Positions 22,677-34,456 of a stretch of 64,000 nucleotides of DNA are shown here, in pieces. The notes beneath the pieces were generated by a model. That model was not told where the DNA came from and did not search any database. It saw only the letters and a list, made by a program, of their open reading frames with translations. A program made the position numbers and the translations under genes. The stretch covers positions 2,728,001 to 2,792,000 of the forward strand of contig OZ218958.1 of NCBI GenBank assembly GCA_965112735.1, in the 5' to 3' direction. The number at the start of each line of letters is the position of its first letter. Position 1 is the first letter of the stretch. This stretch comes from Phaeosaccion multiseriatum. Lineage: Eukaryota > Protista > Ochrophyta, other classes.

Positions 22677-23978
22677 ATGACGAACGAGAGCTGCTCTACC
22701 GTGAAGGTGCTGGTGAAGAAGCTCATCGCTAGACATGGCAGAGCAAGCCTGGAGCAGCCTATCCTGGGGCCCGGTTTCCCCCCTATGATGTGCGCTGCTT
22801 TGCAAGGTCGGCTGGATGTGGTGGAGCTTCTGCTGAAGGAAGGAGCGTCGCCCTTTACCACAGGAGGCAGATGCGGCGATTCGCCGCTCAGCGTGGCCGC
22901 GTACCTGGGACACGCTCACGTGGTAAGGTGCTTGCTGGACGCCAGAGCCGCTGTCGACCAAGCCAATACAAGAGGTGTCAGCTCCCTTCAACTTGCTTCT
23001 CAAAACGGACGAACCTCTGTTGTGAAGCTACTCCTGTCGGCCTGCGCGAACGTGGACCGAGGAGAGGAGAACGGAAACACTCCACTCCTTTTGGCAGCTT
23101 GGCATGGGCATCAGAGTGTGGTGACCCAACTCCTCACGGCCCGCGCCAGAGTCGACAAGGCCAATCGAGACGGCATCACTCCCCTTTGGGCAGCCTCGCA
23201 GGCGGGGGAGACCTCCATCGTGCAGCAGCTGTTGATGACCGGAGCAGATGTGGAGGCCAAGGACGGCAACGGTGCCACGCCTCTCGTTGCCGCTGCTGCG
23301 AACGGGCACTTGGCTGTAGTGGACAAGCTCTTGAAGGTTGGCGCAGACGTGCAAGTGTCTTGTGCCGGGGGCTATACTCCTCTCTTACTGGCCTGTCAGG
23401 AAGGCCATGACCTCGTGGTGGAGCGCCTTCTCTCTACGGGAGCGAGCATGGCGACACCCAATACGCACGGCGCCACCCCGCTCTACATGGCGGCACGAAA
23501 CGGCCACGAGTCCGCCCTGGACCTGCTCATCTCTGCGGGCAGCCCGTTCGATACCCCCCTTGAGACGTTGGGAGGCGACCTTACCCCTCTTATTGGGGCC
23601 CTTGAAGCCAACGAGTGTGGCACTGCGGTGCAGCTCGTGGCCGCTGGTGCGTCGCTGGACAATGCTCTGGCTTGGGTAGAACGAAATGGGTACAGTATCC
23701 CAGCTGACACTGAGCAGCGACTTCGAGCAGCGGCGGCAGCGGCGGCAGCGGTGGCAGCGGCCAAGAGGCCTCGAGTGATGCCGTTGGGGGAGGCGTTCAG
23801 GAAACGGGGGACGGACCAACCAGGAGCTGAGGGCTGGGGGTGTTATGGGGATGAGGGTGAGGCTGAGGATGAGGGTGAGGATGAGGAGAGGATGAGGAGG
23901 CGGATGAGGATGAGGATGAGGAGGCGGATGCGAGAGCGAGAGAGGTACCCAATTGTTGATTTTGCCGGAGGGCACTAG
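22677..23978 (+). CDS. Ankyrin-repeat protein (~9 repeats in one exon; possible 5' exon via the AG acceptor at ~22654)
   Basis: Repeated GxTPLxxAAxxGHxxVVxxLLxxGAxV motifs. Confidence 0.9.
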   Translation: MTNESCSTVKVLVKKLIARHGRASLEQPILGPGFPPMMCAALQGRLDVVELLLKEGASPFTTGGRCGDSPLSVAAYLGHAHVVRCLLDARAAVDQANTRGVSSLQLASQNGRTSVVKLLLSACANVDRGEENGNTPLLLAAWHGHQSVVTQLLTARARVDKANRDGITPLWAASQAGETSIVQQLLMTGADVEAKDGNGATPLVAAAANGHLAVVDKLLKVGADVQVSCAGGYTPLLLACQEGHDLVVERLLSTGASMATPNTHGATPLYMAARNGHESALDLLISAGSPFDTPLETLGGDLTPLIGALEANECGTAVQLVAAGASLDNALAWVERNGYSIPADTEQRLRAAAAAAAAVAAAKRPRVMPLGEAFRKRGTDQPGAEGWGCYGDEGEAEDEGEDEERMRRRMRMRMRRRMRERERYPIVDFAGGH

Positions 23979-24399
23979 CTAGAGGGAGAGCGAAGCGACG
24001 CGTTGAGGAGGGGGGGGTGGGCAGGGGTTGGGGGGATGGGGGGGGAGAGGAGGGCGCGCGGAGACGAGCGAGGTTTTATTGTCAGTTCATAGAGTGGGAG
24101 AGAGGAGCGAGAACAGCTGTAGAGAAGCGGAGGAGGGGGGGCGGTTGCGTGGAGACGAGTGAGGTTTTATGGTCACTTATAATAAAGTGTGTAGAGTGGG
24201 TACGGAAGGGTGGGTGGGTTGGGTGGGCGGCCGGGGGAGCGAGCTCAAACAGACTCTCAGTTCAAGCGGCCGCTTCGCTCTGGCTGGAGCAGTGGCCCTG
24301 AGAGGCGTATACTAGAATCATGCGCAGGAGGGAGGCAAGGTCTCTGGGGAATACGTCGACTGCACAGCTGCGAGTTAATGCAAAGTACACGTCCTTAAA

Positions 24400-25672
24400 T
24401 ACCTCACTCGCCCCTCTGCCCCTGGCAGGCTCTGTGTGTCCCACCTGTCTGCCCCTGGTCTCTCCTCACCCTTTGCTTCGTCCTTGTCCGAAAGCCGCGC
24501 CCTCAGCGTGTTCGTGTGAACATTCCTCTCTACTCACCTCACAGACCTCAGCGCTACAGGCAAGCTCTCAAGAGAGCGACTGACTATGCACAGCGAGAAG
24601 TTCCTGTCTCTGTGGGGCCCAGACGTAGGCAATATGCCGACGGTGAGATCGTCAGGACCAGGCAGCAGCTCCGCAGTCGAGTCACTAAACACTCACTCCC
24701 TCACTCACACACTCATGCACGCACTCACCCCGTCGTGGCCCAGATCGTTGTGTCCCTAGAGGGTGCTCTGTTCGCGTCCGTTGAAAGAGCCCTGGCCTCA
24801 GCAATATACTCACCTCCTGCTGCCTCAGCAGACTTGCTCCTCCATATTCTTCTTCTCAACTTCATCACCTTCCTCTTCACTACTCCATAAGCCCCGGACG
24901 AGAGGGAGGGCCACTACCCCTATACCGCCAGAAAGAGGCCTTTGGTTTCCTCCAGGGTGAGAGGGGAAAAGCGGATGAGAGGAGGAGAGGAGATTAGTGT
25001 CCTGCGGTAAAGGTGCTCATGCTCTTCAGCCCTGGAAGGATGCTGGTATAAGGATGCTTGTGTGAAGGGTATGTCAGCTGCTAATCCAACACCTTTTGTG
25101 CGTCGACCGGGTGCGGTTTTTCCCGCTGGTCCACTTTCGTATCTTACAAACGAGAGCTTCTCTTTGGTGAAGGTGCTGGTGGAGAGGTGAGGAGGCTCAT
25201 CGCCAGACATGGCAAGGCAGGCCTGGCGCAGCCTATCACCAAGGACGGAAGTACTCTTCTCTTGACAGCAGCGTGTTCCCGTCGGCTGGATGTCGGGGGC
25301 CTCCTGTTGCAGAAAGGGGCCTCGCCCTCTACACGTGTACACAGCCAGTCCAGTAGAGAGAAGGACACGCTCACGTGGTGAGAGCGAGTCGCCTGCTGTG
25401 CCGGAGCCGCTGCCAATCAAGTCAATGCAAAGGGCATGACCTGTATACACCTTGCTTCTGAGAGGGGCCACAAAAGAGGGAGGCGTGTGCTCATCAGCGC
25501 GGGTGTGCTACCACGGACGCAATGGGCGAGGACGGATACTCTCCAATTTTTATTTTTTTTTCCAGTCAGGGGCATATCTGACCAACGCGGGCGTGAGCAC
25601 CGCGGGCGTGAGCAAGGTCAACACTGCTCTGACCACTCCACTCCTTGTGGCCTCTTGGTCTGGTCATGATAG
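24400..25672 (+). pseudogene. Degenerate tandem duplicate of the ankyrin locus (upstream region plus frameshifted coding remnant ~25150-25672)
   Basis: Shared blocks: ctcacctc(g/a)cagacctcagcg (22046/24533), agaaagaggcctttgg (22273/24930), cacttt.tatcttacaa and acgagagct...gtgaaggtgctggtg...ctcatcgc.agacatggca. Remnant TPLLVASWSGHDSV, with stops and frameshifts. Confidence 0.8.
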
Positions 25673-25955
25673 TGTGTGTTATGACATTCCCTCTCCTCTC
25701 GTACAGTTACAGATGATTCGATTCATGATTCATTGACTTAGCCCCGTCTATTCGGAGCATTCCGTACGATACAGTTGTAGGGGGGCAATGACTTTAACCG
25801 TTTGCCCATAGGCTCCACGTGGTCATAGTGTGCACGTGTTGACCTCTTCACGTGCGATAGTTCTTTCCTAGCAGGAGATCTCTCCTCCGTAAGTAATTTA
25901 CTCGGTTTTTCACCAAGGCCTTTTCTCGTCTCCCGGCTCTCCTTCCGTCTGCGCT

Positions 25956-26170
25956 TGCCAGCGCTTCCTTCTCTCTCTCCGAACTATATCACTTTTATAA
26001 ACGTACTGTTCGTACAGTTCCCCTGCAGGGACTCGTGTTAAAATGGACTCAGAGAGGACACGCATCCGTTCTCTCTGAGTCCATTTTTCACGATTCCCTG
26101 CAGGTGAACTGTACTTACAGTACGTTTATAAACGTGATGTAGTTCGGAGAGAGAGAAGGAAGCGCTGGCA
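25956..26170. repeat. Imperfect 215-bp fold-back hairpin (~100-nt arms, ~11-nt loop)
   Basis: tgccagcgcttcc...ggactcagagagga / tctctctgagtcc...ggaagcgctggca, with a handful of mismatches. Confidence 0.9.
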
Positions 26171-27135
26171 CGTTTGGAGAAGTAGGCGGTGGTGAAGCAT
26201 GGTCATCGCTCTGTGGCATTCCCTCGTGGCGACGCAGCCGCAGCGTACGCAGCTCTTCGCCGCGTCTACGACTCTGTAAGTCTCTTCTCGCTCTCCACCA
26301 CCATGGACAATATTATGCACCTGAAGATCGACATGGCCAAGAGCCCAACGGAGTACTTCTCGGAGGTGGACCATCATTAGGCTCGCCTGGCGCGCATGGG
26401 CGCGCAGTTTGGATACGCAACCCTGATGGGCATGGCCTACCAGGCCATCAGCCCCGAGGAGGATGGCCTGCTCACCAGCCTTGAGCCGCGATACACGGAT
26501 ATGAACGGCGACGGCATGACGGAAGAACAGAAGGCAGACTCTACCGCGACTTCCAGCGAAGAGTCATCACCCCCTACGCATGGAAGAAGGCGGCAACGGC
26601 AGCCCCCACCACTACCTCTGTCCCCCCCTCTGCTGTGTTTGTTGCCACAGAGCCTCCTACGCCCGCCGCTGGACCTCATCAGGAGAGGCGCACAGCTCCT
26701 GCTCCGGACCGCCGCTCTCGCCCAGCACGCTCTTCACCAGAGCTCAATCACCTACAGTGCAACGGCTCCACTGCCCGTCTCGGCCGCATTGTTCGTGGGC
26801 ACACGGACGCCACCTGCATCGGCCAGAGCATGGGCCAGCGGGGCGCTCGACCGGCGCACCCCTCTGCCGCTGCCCACGGATCTCGGCGCTCCAACGCAGC
26901 GAGAGGCACGACGGGCCGCGGACGTCACGGGGCTCTCCCTTCATCTTGGCGGAGCAGCTGTGCAGTGTGATACAGTACTGAAACTCATCCTACCGTTTCA
27001 CATAGGTTCATTATGTCAAGGACATGTATCTTGTCTATACGTTAGAGACAAGTGCGCAGTCAAGTACGTATGGAGCGTTACAGTTCAGACATGTACGTAT
27101 ACGTCATGTCCTATTTCGTAGTATTAATCAAATTC

Positions 27136-27301
27136 TTTTTGTCTTTTGTCTATTCTCGGTCATCAATCTCTGCCGTTTGCTCTCTCTCGGTTCACTGCTA
27201 CAACACGTTAACACCACACCACACGTTAACGTGTTGTAGCAGTGAACCGAGAGAGAACAAACGCCAAAGATTGATGACCGAGAATAGACAAAAGACGAGA
27301 A
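27136..27301. repeat. Imperfect ~165-bp hairpin (12-nt loop accacaccacac)
   Basis: gtcttttgtctattctcggtcatcaatct...ctacaacacgttaac / gttaacgtgttgtag...agattgatgaccgagaatagacaaaagac, with three internal mismatches. Confidence 0.9.
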
Positions 27302-27334
27302 AGACTCAGTGGAAAGAAAAGTGAAGTAGTACTA

Positions 27335-27731
27335 CTGTGATTTCGCGGTTGAGTGGCACTTTTGACGCCCAATTACGCCCCATTAATTTGTTTTTACGCC
27401 AAATGACGATTTTTTTGACGACGTTTGACGACGTTTGACGACGCTTTAGCCCCCTATTTGACGCCCTTTGACGCCTTTTGACGCACTTTGACGCCCTTTT
27501 ATCTTAATTCGCCTTAATTTCGTCTTAAAAAAATCACGTAAAAAAAAATCACGGAAAAGGGCGTCAAAGGGCGTCAAAGAGCGTCAAAAGGCGTCAAAGG
27601 GCGTCAAATAGGGGGCTAAAGCGTCGTCAAACGTCGTCAAACGTCGTCAAAAAAATCGTCATTTGGCGTAAAAAACAAATTAATGGGGCGTAATTGGGCG
27701 TCAAAAGTGCCACTCAACCGCGAAATCACAG
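27335..27731. mobile_element. MITE with ~165-bp TIRs and TA target-site duplication (Tc1/mariner-type inference)
   Basis: ta|ctgtgatttcgcggttgagtggcac ... gtgccactcaaccgcgaaatcacag|ta. The arms contain many TTTGACG / CGTCAAA subrepeats. Confidence 0.85.
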
Positions 27732-28636
27732 TACGAAGTAGGAAAGAGGGAGGAAAAGTAACGCTCCATGTGTACTTGACTGCGCACTTGTCTCTAACGT
27801 ATAGACAAGATACATATCCTCAGATCCTTCACATAGTGAGTTTCAGTACTATATCACCCTCCTTTGCGATGAAGACTACAGACTAAAAAAAAAAAAAATG
27901 GTGGTGAAAAGGTTCATTGACATACTAAAATACAAAAGTAAAGTCAAGACCCTCATTAAGTTCTTGGTCAGAAGATCGGCCGTCTGGTGGGCAGTCATGG
28001 TCCTACTACCATTTACGAGGACAACAGAGCCTGCCTGAACTTGGCGGAGAACGAACTCGCACCAAGGAGGACCAAGCACATCGACGTCCGATACCACCAC
28101 ATCAGGGACCACATCAAGGAAGGAGCCATTGCCATGGAGTACATGTGCTTTTGTGCGTGTGTGTGATGGGCGGGTGTGCTACTTGGGCCCCCGAGGTACC
28201 CACTCCCCCCCATCCTGGGCGGATGAGGGAGGCCCGGGCCGGCCTCAGAAGGTCAGAATAAAATGAAGGAAAATAACCGACGACCACGCCCTCTTCACCC
28301 TGCTCTGCCGTGTGGGTGGGAAAGTCCTCTCCAAGTCTCGAGGTTCCTTCCCCCCTCCCTTGGCGCACTTGCTCTCGCACTTGTGTGAGACCAGCAGCCC
28401 CTTGGGGCAACTAATGGTGTGCTTGTTCGTTTGGTATCGATGTGTTCTCCATGTGTTATTTTATTTATATATTCGTTCGATCAATATGTATAATCTCTAT
28501 TCGTAGACGGAAAATCCAAGCAGCAGAAGTAATAGACTAGATTGGGATGGAGAAAAAAGAGTGAGGGTATGGTGTGGGGAACATTTCCAAACTGCTGCGG
28601 GTGGTGCTGCATCACTTCACCACATTCCCTGTCCCT

Positions 28637-28730
28637 TTATCGGGATGGCATAACGTCCTCTTCCTCCGCTGCCGCTGGCTCTGCAGCTGTTGCTGATGCT
28701 GCTGCTCCGGCTGTCGCCCTTGCTGCTTCC

Positions 28731-28763
<33 letters not shown>

Positions 28764-31700
28764 CCTGTTGCTGTTGCTGCCGCTGCTGCCGCTGCTGATG
28801 CCCCAGTCGTTGCTGATGCCAAGTCCCCTCCTCCCGACGTCCGCCTTGCCGCGCCACCACCCCCACTACCTCCACCACCCAACCCAGCCAGCGCCGCCAC
28901 TGCAAATGCCGCCGCTGTTGCTACATCTTCAGAGCCGCTTCCTCTTCCTCCTCCTCCTCCTCCTCCTCCTCCTCCTCCTCCTCCTCCTCTCCCAGCCTCA
29001 GCCCCGCCGCTAGTGTTGTTCCCAAGCTCGCAGAGAGACTCGAGCATTGTGAAGCTTGTGTCAGGACTGTCGGTGCCGCCCGCACCACCCTTCGATGGAT
29101 TTCCTCTCCGCCCAATGATGTTGGAGAGACGGTGTCGGATGGACCGTTTCGCCTTGAGGGATACGACGTTGGATCCCCTGTAGAGAGGGACGGAAGGAGA
29201 GATGGACGGAGCGAGAGAGGGAGGGACGGAGGGATGGAGGGAGTGAGACGAGAGAATATGAGAGAGAAACGACGATAAAAAAGAGAGACTCAGAGAGTGA
29301 GAGAAAGCGAGACGAGAGCCTATACACGTCACTTGCCACACATGACACTTTACAAACCACCCACCCTATTACATCAGACGAGGCTAGCTTACGCACCACT
29401 TGAGGAAGACAGTCTCGCCATAGGGCAGCTGCAGCGGCTCTCTGAGATAGAGGTAGGAGCCGTTACTGCTCATGAGGTCGGCAAAGAAGAAGCGACCGTT
29501 CACGAAGCGGATCATGGCGTGGCGGGTGGAGACGGTTCGGTAATCGAGCACCATGTCGCACTGGGGGGGGGGGGGTGGCGGGGGTCGGGTGGATAGGTGG
29601 ATACAAAAGGTTGTTGTGTTTGAGTTTGAGGGGGAGGGAGCGAGGGTAGCGGATGATGAGGAGGGTGGGTGCGGCGATAAGGCGGGGGGTGAGGGTGAAG
29701 GGGGCCATCAATCGTATCGTAGGGAAAAAGGCCGAGGGGAGAGAGCATGAGGAGGATAAGGGGGAGGAGGAGGAGGGGAAGGAGGCGGGAAGGGGGGGGG
29801 GCGCAGATCCGAACACGCACAAGAGATAGAGAGGAGATAGACTCACAGATTCACATATACGCACGTGTGCAACCAACACGTCTGCCTGCCTGCCTTACCT
29901 GTCGAGACCGCCCGAGCACGAGTCCCCTAGTGCTGCTGTTGCCCGTCTTGTTGACAACGGTGCTGAAGGACAGCTGGTACTTGGTGCTGAACAGGTCCTC
30001 GTTGTTTTGGTGCTTGGTCACTACCATAAAGCAGATGTAGGGAGGCGGCAGGGGACTTTGGAACAGACTGAGGGGGGGAGGGAGGGAGGGAGGGAGGGAG
30101 GAGAGGCACGCAAGGTAGGCAGCCAACACCAGAGAGAGAGAGGTGGGAGGGAGGAGGAGAGCGGGAAGGAGGAGGGACGAAAAAGGGGTCAGTTGGGAAG
30201 ACAAGAGGTTGTATAGGAAGACCCAACACTAAAAACTGAATTATCCCTTGTCCTGACTGAGCTTCTTGTCCGCTCCATACACCCTTCCTCTCCTCACTCC
30301 CTCACTCACTCACCTGACGCTCTCTCCTGTGGGAAGCCTCACGCTGGCCTTATAAGGAGTCTTACACACTGTGCACACTCGCACGCCCTTGTTGTTCAGC
30401 ACCACACACACCTATGGCGGGTGTGTTGTGTGTTGTGTGTTGTTGAGAGAGAGTAATCGGAAGGAGAAGGGGGAAGGAACAACCAAAGAGCGACAAACAT
30501 TGCGTGAGCACCAAGAGACGGCATACGCAATACTCGCATTACGCGTCCCCTCGCTCGTTCCCTCCCTCCCTCCCTCCCTCTCCTTCCCTTCTTCCCTCCC
30601 TTCTCCCCTCGCTCACCTTGTTCTCGGAACTGGTGGTGTGCCAACGCTGCAAGCACTGCAAATGCACATATCGAGTGTCCCCCTTGCACTGACAAGGCGC
30701 CACAAGCGGGTCCGCCTCATCGTTCAAAGAGTCAAAGCACATGTAGCACATCGGGGCGCTGAGATGAGAGCCATACATTGATTGCCATCCATCAGAGCCA
30801 TCCATTGCCATGCATTGCGAGAGACAAAAGGAGGAGGAGGAGGAGGAGGAGGAGGAGGAGGAGGAGGAGGAGAAGGAGAAGGGGAGAACGGAAGAGGCAA
30901 GTAGGAAGTGCGGGGTCAGGGAGGGAGGGAGGGTGTGCGCGTCAGATTCGTCATCGACTTAGCGTTTTGTCTCTTCCTTCAACTTGTGTTGTCTCTCTCC
31001 TCCGGTCTGCTTTGCCACCTATACACTCGCGCGAAACGCACAGCCGATCATCCTCCTTTCCCACCCTTCCTTCTCCAAGCCTTCGCTCCCACCTTCCACC
31101 CTCCCGATCCCTGACGTACTCGTATTCGTATCCTCACCACCCCTACTCGGAGTCTCTCCCCCCTTCACATGCACACATACACACACACTGTATCTCTCCC
31201 TCCCTCACACCACGCCCAGTTCCATCCATCTCTCTCGACCTCCCTCCCGCCTCCTCTCTCTCCGACTCTCCCATTTCCTGACCCCACCTCACCTCACCCC
31301 ACCCCACCCTCCTCAAGTCACGTCACGTCACGTCACTCTCCTGACCCACCTGGCTGCAGCTTCTGCCGCCGCCTCCTCTGCCCCTCCCTCCGCGCCCCCC
31401 TCTCCACCTCCCGCCTTTCCATCCTCGCCCCCCGCCTTTCCATTGAGTCCTCCCCCTCTCAGCTTGCCGTCCGCTACATCCGCTGCAAGCTTCTCGGCCG
31501 CCACTCTCTTCTTTGTGGCACCCTCCTCGGAAGCCGTTAGTGCCTGGTGTCGGCGTAAATGGGGTGGGGGTGGGGTGGGGTGGGGTGGGTCGAGGTGGGC
31601 GGAAGAAGAGGGGTAGGGGAGGAGGGAGAAGGGGCGCGGAGGGAGGATGGGATGGGGTCGTGTCAGTGTTACCCAAGTACCGGAATGCGGAAAGGTAGGC

Positions 31701-32439
31701 CGCAGTCCACGAGAGAACTGAGACTGTCCTTCGGGTTCGCCTGCCCCCTTCTCTCTCTCCCTCACCGCACACGACCTAATCACTTCTCCCCTCCCCCATA
31801 TCTCTCCCCACCCAGCCCCACACGCCCTCGCCCCCCTCCTCCCTCCCTCACTCCCCCCTCCACTCCCCCTCACTCACTCCTCCCTCCCTCCTCCCTCCTC
31901 TACCCACCCCTTCTCCTCCTCTCCCCTCCCTCCCTCCCCCCCTCCCTCCCTCCCTATCACCCCACTCTCACTCACCTCTGCGGTTACAAGATCCTTCTGC
32001 ATAGCTGCAATGTCCCCCTTGAGACACGTCAGCTCCTCCCAAGACAGACATTTGTGCTCTCCGTGCACCCCCCCTGTGTGGATTTCGCTCACCACCACAC
32101 CGACCGACCCAATTCGGAGAAAGTTTCCCAGTTTCAGCTCGTACGACTTGGAATTGCTTTGCCCATATGCTCCCTGTTTGTTCGTGTGTGGGTGGGTGAG
32201 AGAGAGTATGCCACACATATATACACAGGGCGTGTTGGTGCACGATAGAAATAGAGCTCTGTGGCTACTCCTGTTGAAATTGTGTACGGACAAGCGTCAT
32301 ACCTCCACAGGAAATGTCAGCAGCTGTACACACATGTGCATGCACATGCACACGCACACACACAAACGTGCACATACCCACCCACACCCACACACACGCA
32401 CACGCACAAAAACACGCGCACACATGCATATACACACGC

Positions 32440-32470
<31 letters not shown>

Positions 32471-34456
32471 ACACGTACCTGCCCTCCCAAGATCATACAT
32501 GTCCCGCTATGCCTAGAGAAGGCCTCCGGGGCCGCCACCGCAACGAACTTGTCGTCATTGGGCACCACAAGCAGCTGCTTCGCCTGTGTGCGTGTGTGGA
32601 GAGAGGGGAAGGGGGGGGGTGGGGATGAGAGGGGAAGGTACAGGAGGGAAAGGATGCAAACAACCCCACTTTGAGGACAAGGATCAAGGCCGTCCCTCCT
32701 GCCTACTACGTGTGCTCATGCAGGGGTTTATGGGCGAGACCGAAGGTCTAAGGGGGGCCGCCTCTTGGGCAGGTCTGCGCCGTCCGTGTGCACGTCTCGC
32801 TCTCACTTTCACTCATCACCACCCAATCTGCTGCACTTGTGCTCTCGCTGACACCAAGCACTCAAGTCCCGCCCACTCAGTCACTCCACTTCACTCACGT
32901 CATTCCCTCACCCACGTCATCCTTCATTCACTCATTCCTTCACTCAATGGCATACTCACCCACTCACCCATTCCCTCCCTCCCTCTCCCCCACTGCCCCA
33001 CTCACTCTTTCACTGACTTACTCACCCTGTGGTCCTTGATGCGGTGCCTCTCCACGGCTTGCCCCTTGCGCTGCTCGTACTGTGTGGCAATGTCCACTCC
33101 TCCCGGGGGGCTGTGTGAGTGGGAAGACCTGCCATCTCCCTCGCTCAGCATGCCCCCTGTACACAGACGAGGAGGAGGAGAAGGAGGAGAAGGGGAGGAG
33201 GTGGGGAGGGCGACTTTAGGGGGGGGGGACAAACACACAACACACACACATAACCCTCTTACTCTTTCCTCTCGGGCTCAGCACCCAGCCCCCTACCCAA
33301 GAACAACGAAACAAACGATATACAACATGGTACCGCACCGCACCGCACCGTGGCCCTGACTCCCGCCCTCTCAATTTTAGAACCCAAACTCACCCGTCAG
33401 CGCCGCCCCTCTGAGCGTGATGCGGTAGTTCTGTAACGTCTCCGGAGGGTCCTGATTTCCGGGCTGATACTTGAACACGGCCACGTCCACATGAGCCCCC
33501 TTGGCCCCATTTGGAGTCCCCCCTCCCCCCGACAACAAGGCATGTTCATCCCCCCCTTCCGCACTGCTCGCACCACCACCGCCACCGCTCCCACTCCCAC
33601 TGTTGTGTCCCCCCCCCCCTCCTTGGGTAACTCCCCCTCCTCCTGCTCCTGCTGCCCCGCCCATCCCCATCAAAGCTGCCGCTCCGGCGGCAGAGACATC
33701 TGCGGCCACAGAAGACACGTGCAGATCCAAGGGAGGGGGCCTGGACTCGGGAGATCTGCTGGCCCGAGCGCTAGCAGGGGCACTCCTCGCGTGTCCGGTG
33801 AGCGTCGCGGCTGCCGCCCCTGCTGATGTTCCTCGTCCTCCCGGCGTGGACGCACCTCCGGTTGCTGTTCTACCGCTCCCCCCTCTCCCTCCTCCGGCCA
33901 GAGCCATGACCGCATCCGTGGAGGTGGAACGGGGTGCCCCGGGGGGTGGCGGAGGGGCTAGTCCGCCCTGCTGCAGTTGGGCAGGGGTGGGCGCTGCTGG
34001 AAGGGCTCTTGCGCCACCCTCTGCCTGTAGAAGTCTGGCTGATGTCGCTGCCAGCGTAGTAGGAACTCCTCCTCCTCCCCCCCCACCTTCGTCTGCCGGC
34101 GGTGGAGAGGAAGTGGACGACGACATTTGTTCCGCCATCTCTCCCTCGTCCTCCTCCTCGTCGTCTGGTCTAGCTGTGCGTGCTCCTGTTCCCTGATGTG
34201 CTTCCCCCCTCATTCCCGAAGAGGGACCCCCTGCGTGCCTGTTGCTGCTGCCGCTGCCGGCGACGTTGCCCGCTCCCGTCCCACCCGGTTGGCTGCACTG
34301 TCCTCCTCCCGCTCCAAAGCCTCCTGCTGATGAGCCCACAGCACCCTCCCCTACTCTCTCTGCACTAACTTCGCCTGACCGTCCTCGAGAAGAGGGACCA
34401 GCTGACGCTGACTGGGGAGCCTCCAGCGATGGGCCGGAGCTTCCCTTGTTTCCCAT
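28637..34456 (-). CDS. N-myristoylated FHA + RING-CH (RINGv) protein, putative E3 ubiquitin ligase; ~10 exons
   Basis: Start MGNKGSS (MGxxxS). RINGv CYMCFDSLNDEADPLVAPCQCKGDTRYVHLQCLQRW...CTVCKTPY. FHA LVLGRSRQCDMVLDYRTVSTRHAMIRFVNGRFFFADLMSSNGSY. An upstream FHA-like segment YELKLGNFLRIGSV is also present. Confidence 0.85.

Larger units (their letters stand above)
26967..27857. mobile_element. Outer inverted-repeat element (MITE-like, arms ~100-115 bp; TA|CAGT-type ends)
   Basis: 26967-27080 is the reverse complement of 27757-27857 (gtgat.agtactgaaactca; tgtatcttgtctatacgttagagacaagtgcgcagtcaagtac..atggagcgttac). Confidence 0.75.
26189..28145 (+). mobile_element. Ty1/copia LTR-retrotransposon remnant (gag-like region, degenerate Zn knuckle, RNase H fragments), disrupted by insertions
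   Basis: Gag-like AAYAALRRVYDS...SPTEYFSEVDHH*ARLARMG. Knuckle-like CNGS..GHTDATC. VTGLSLHLGGAAV. Classic copia RNase H PTTIYEDNRACLNLAENELAPRRTKHIDVRYHHIRDHIKEGAIAMEY (28002-28142). No LTR pair found. Confidence 0.8.

Noticed and set aside
25673-28500. Intact LTR pair, PBS or PPT for the copia element
   Set aside because: No matching direct repeats could be found by eye, so the element is reported only as a remnant.
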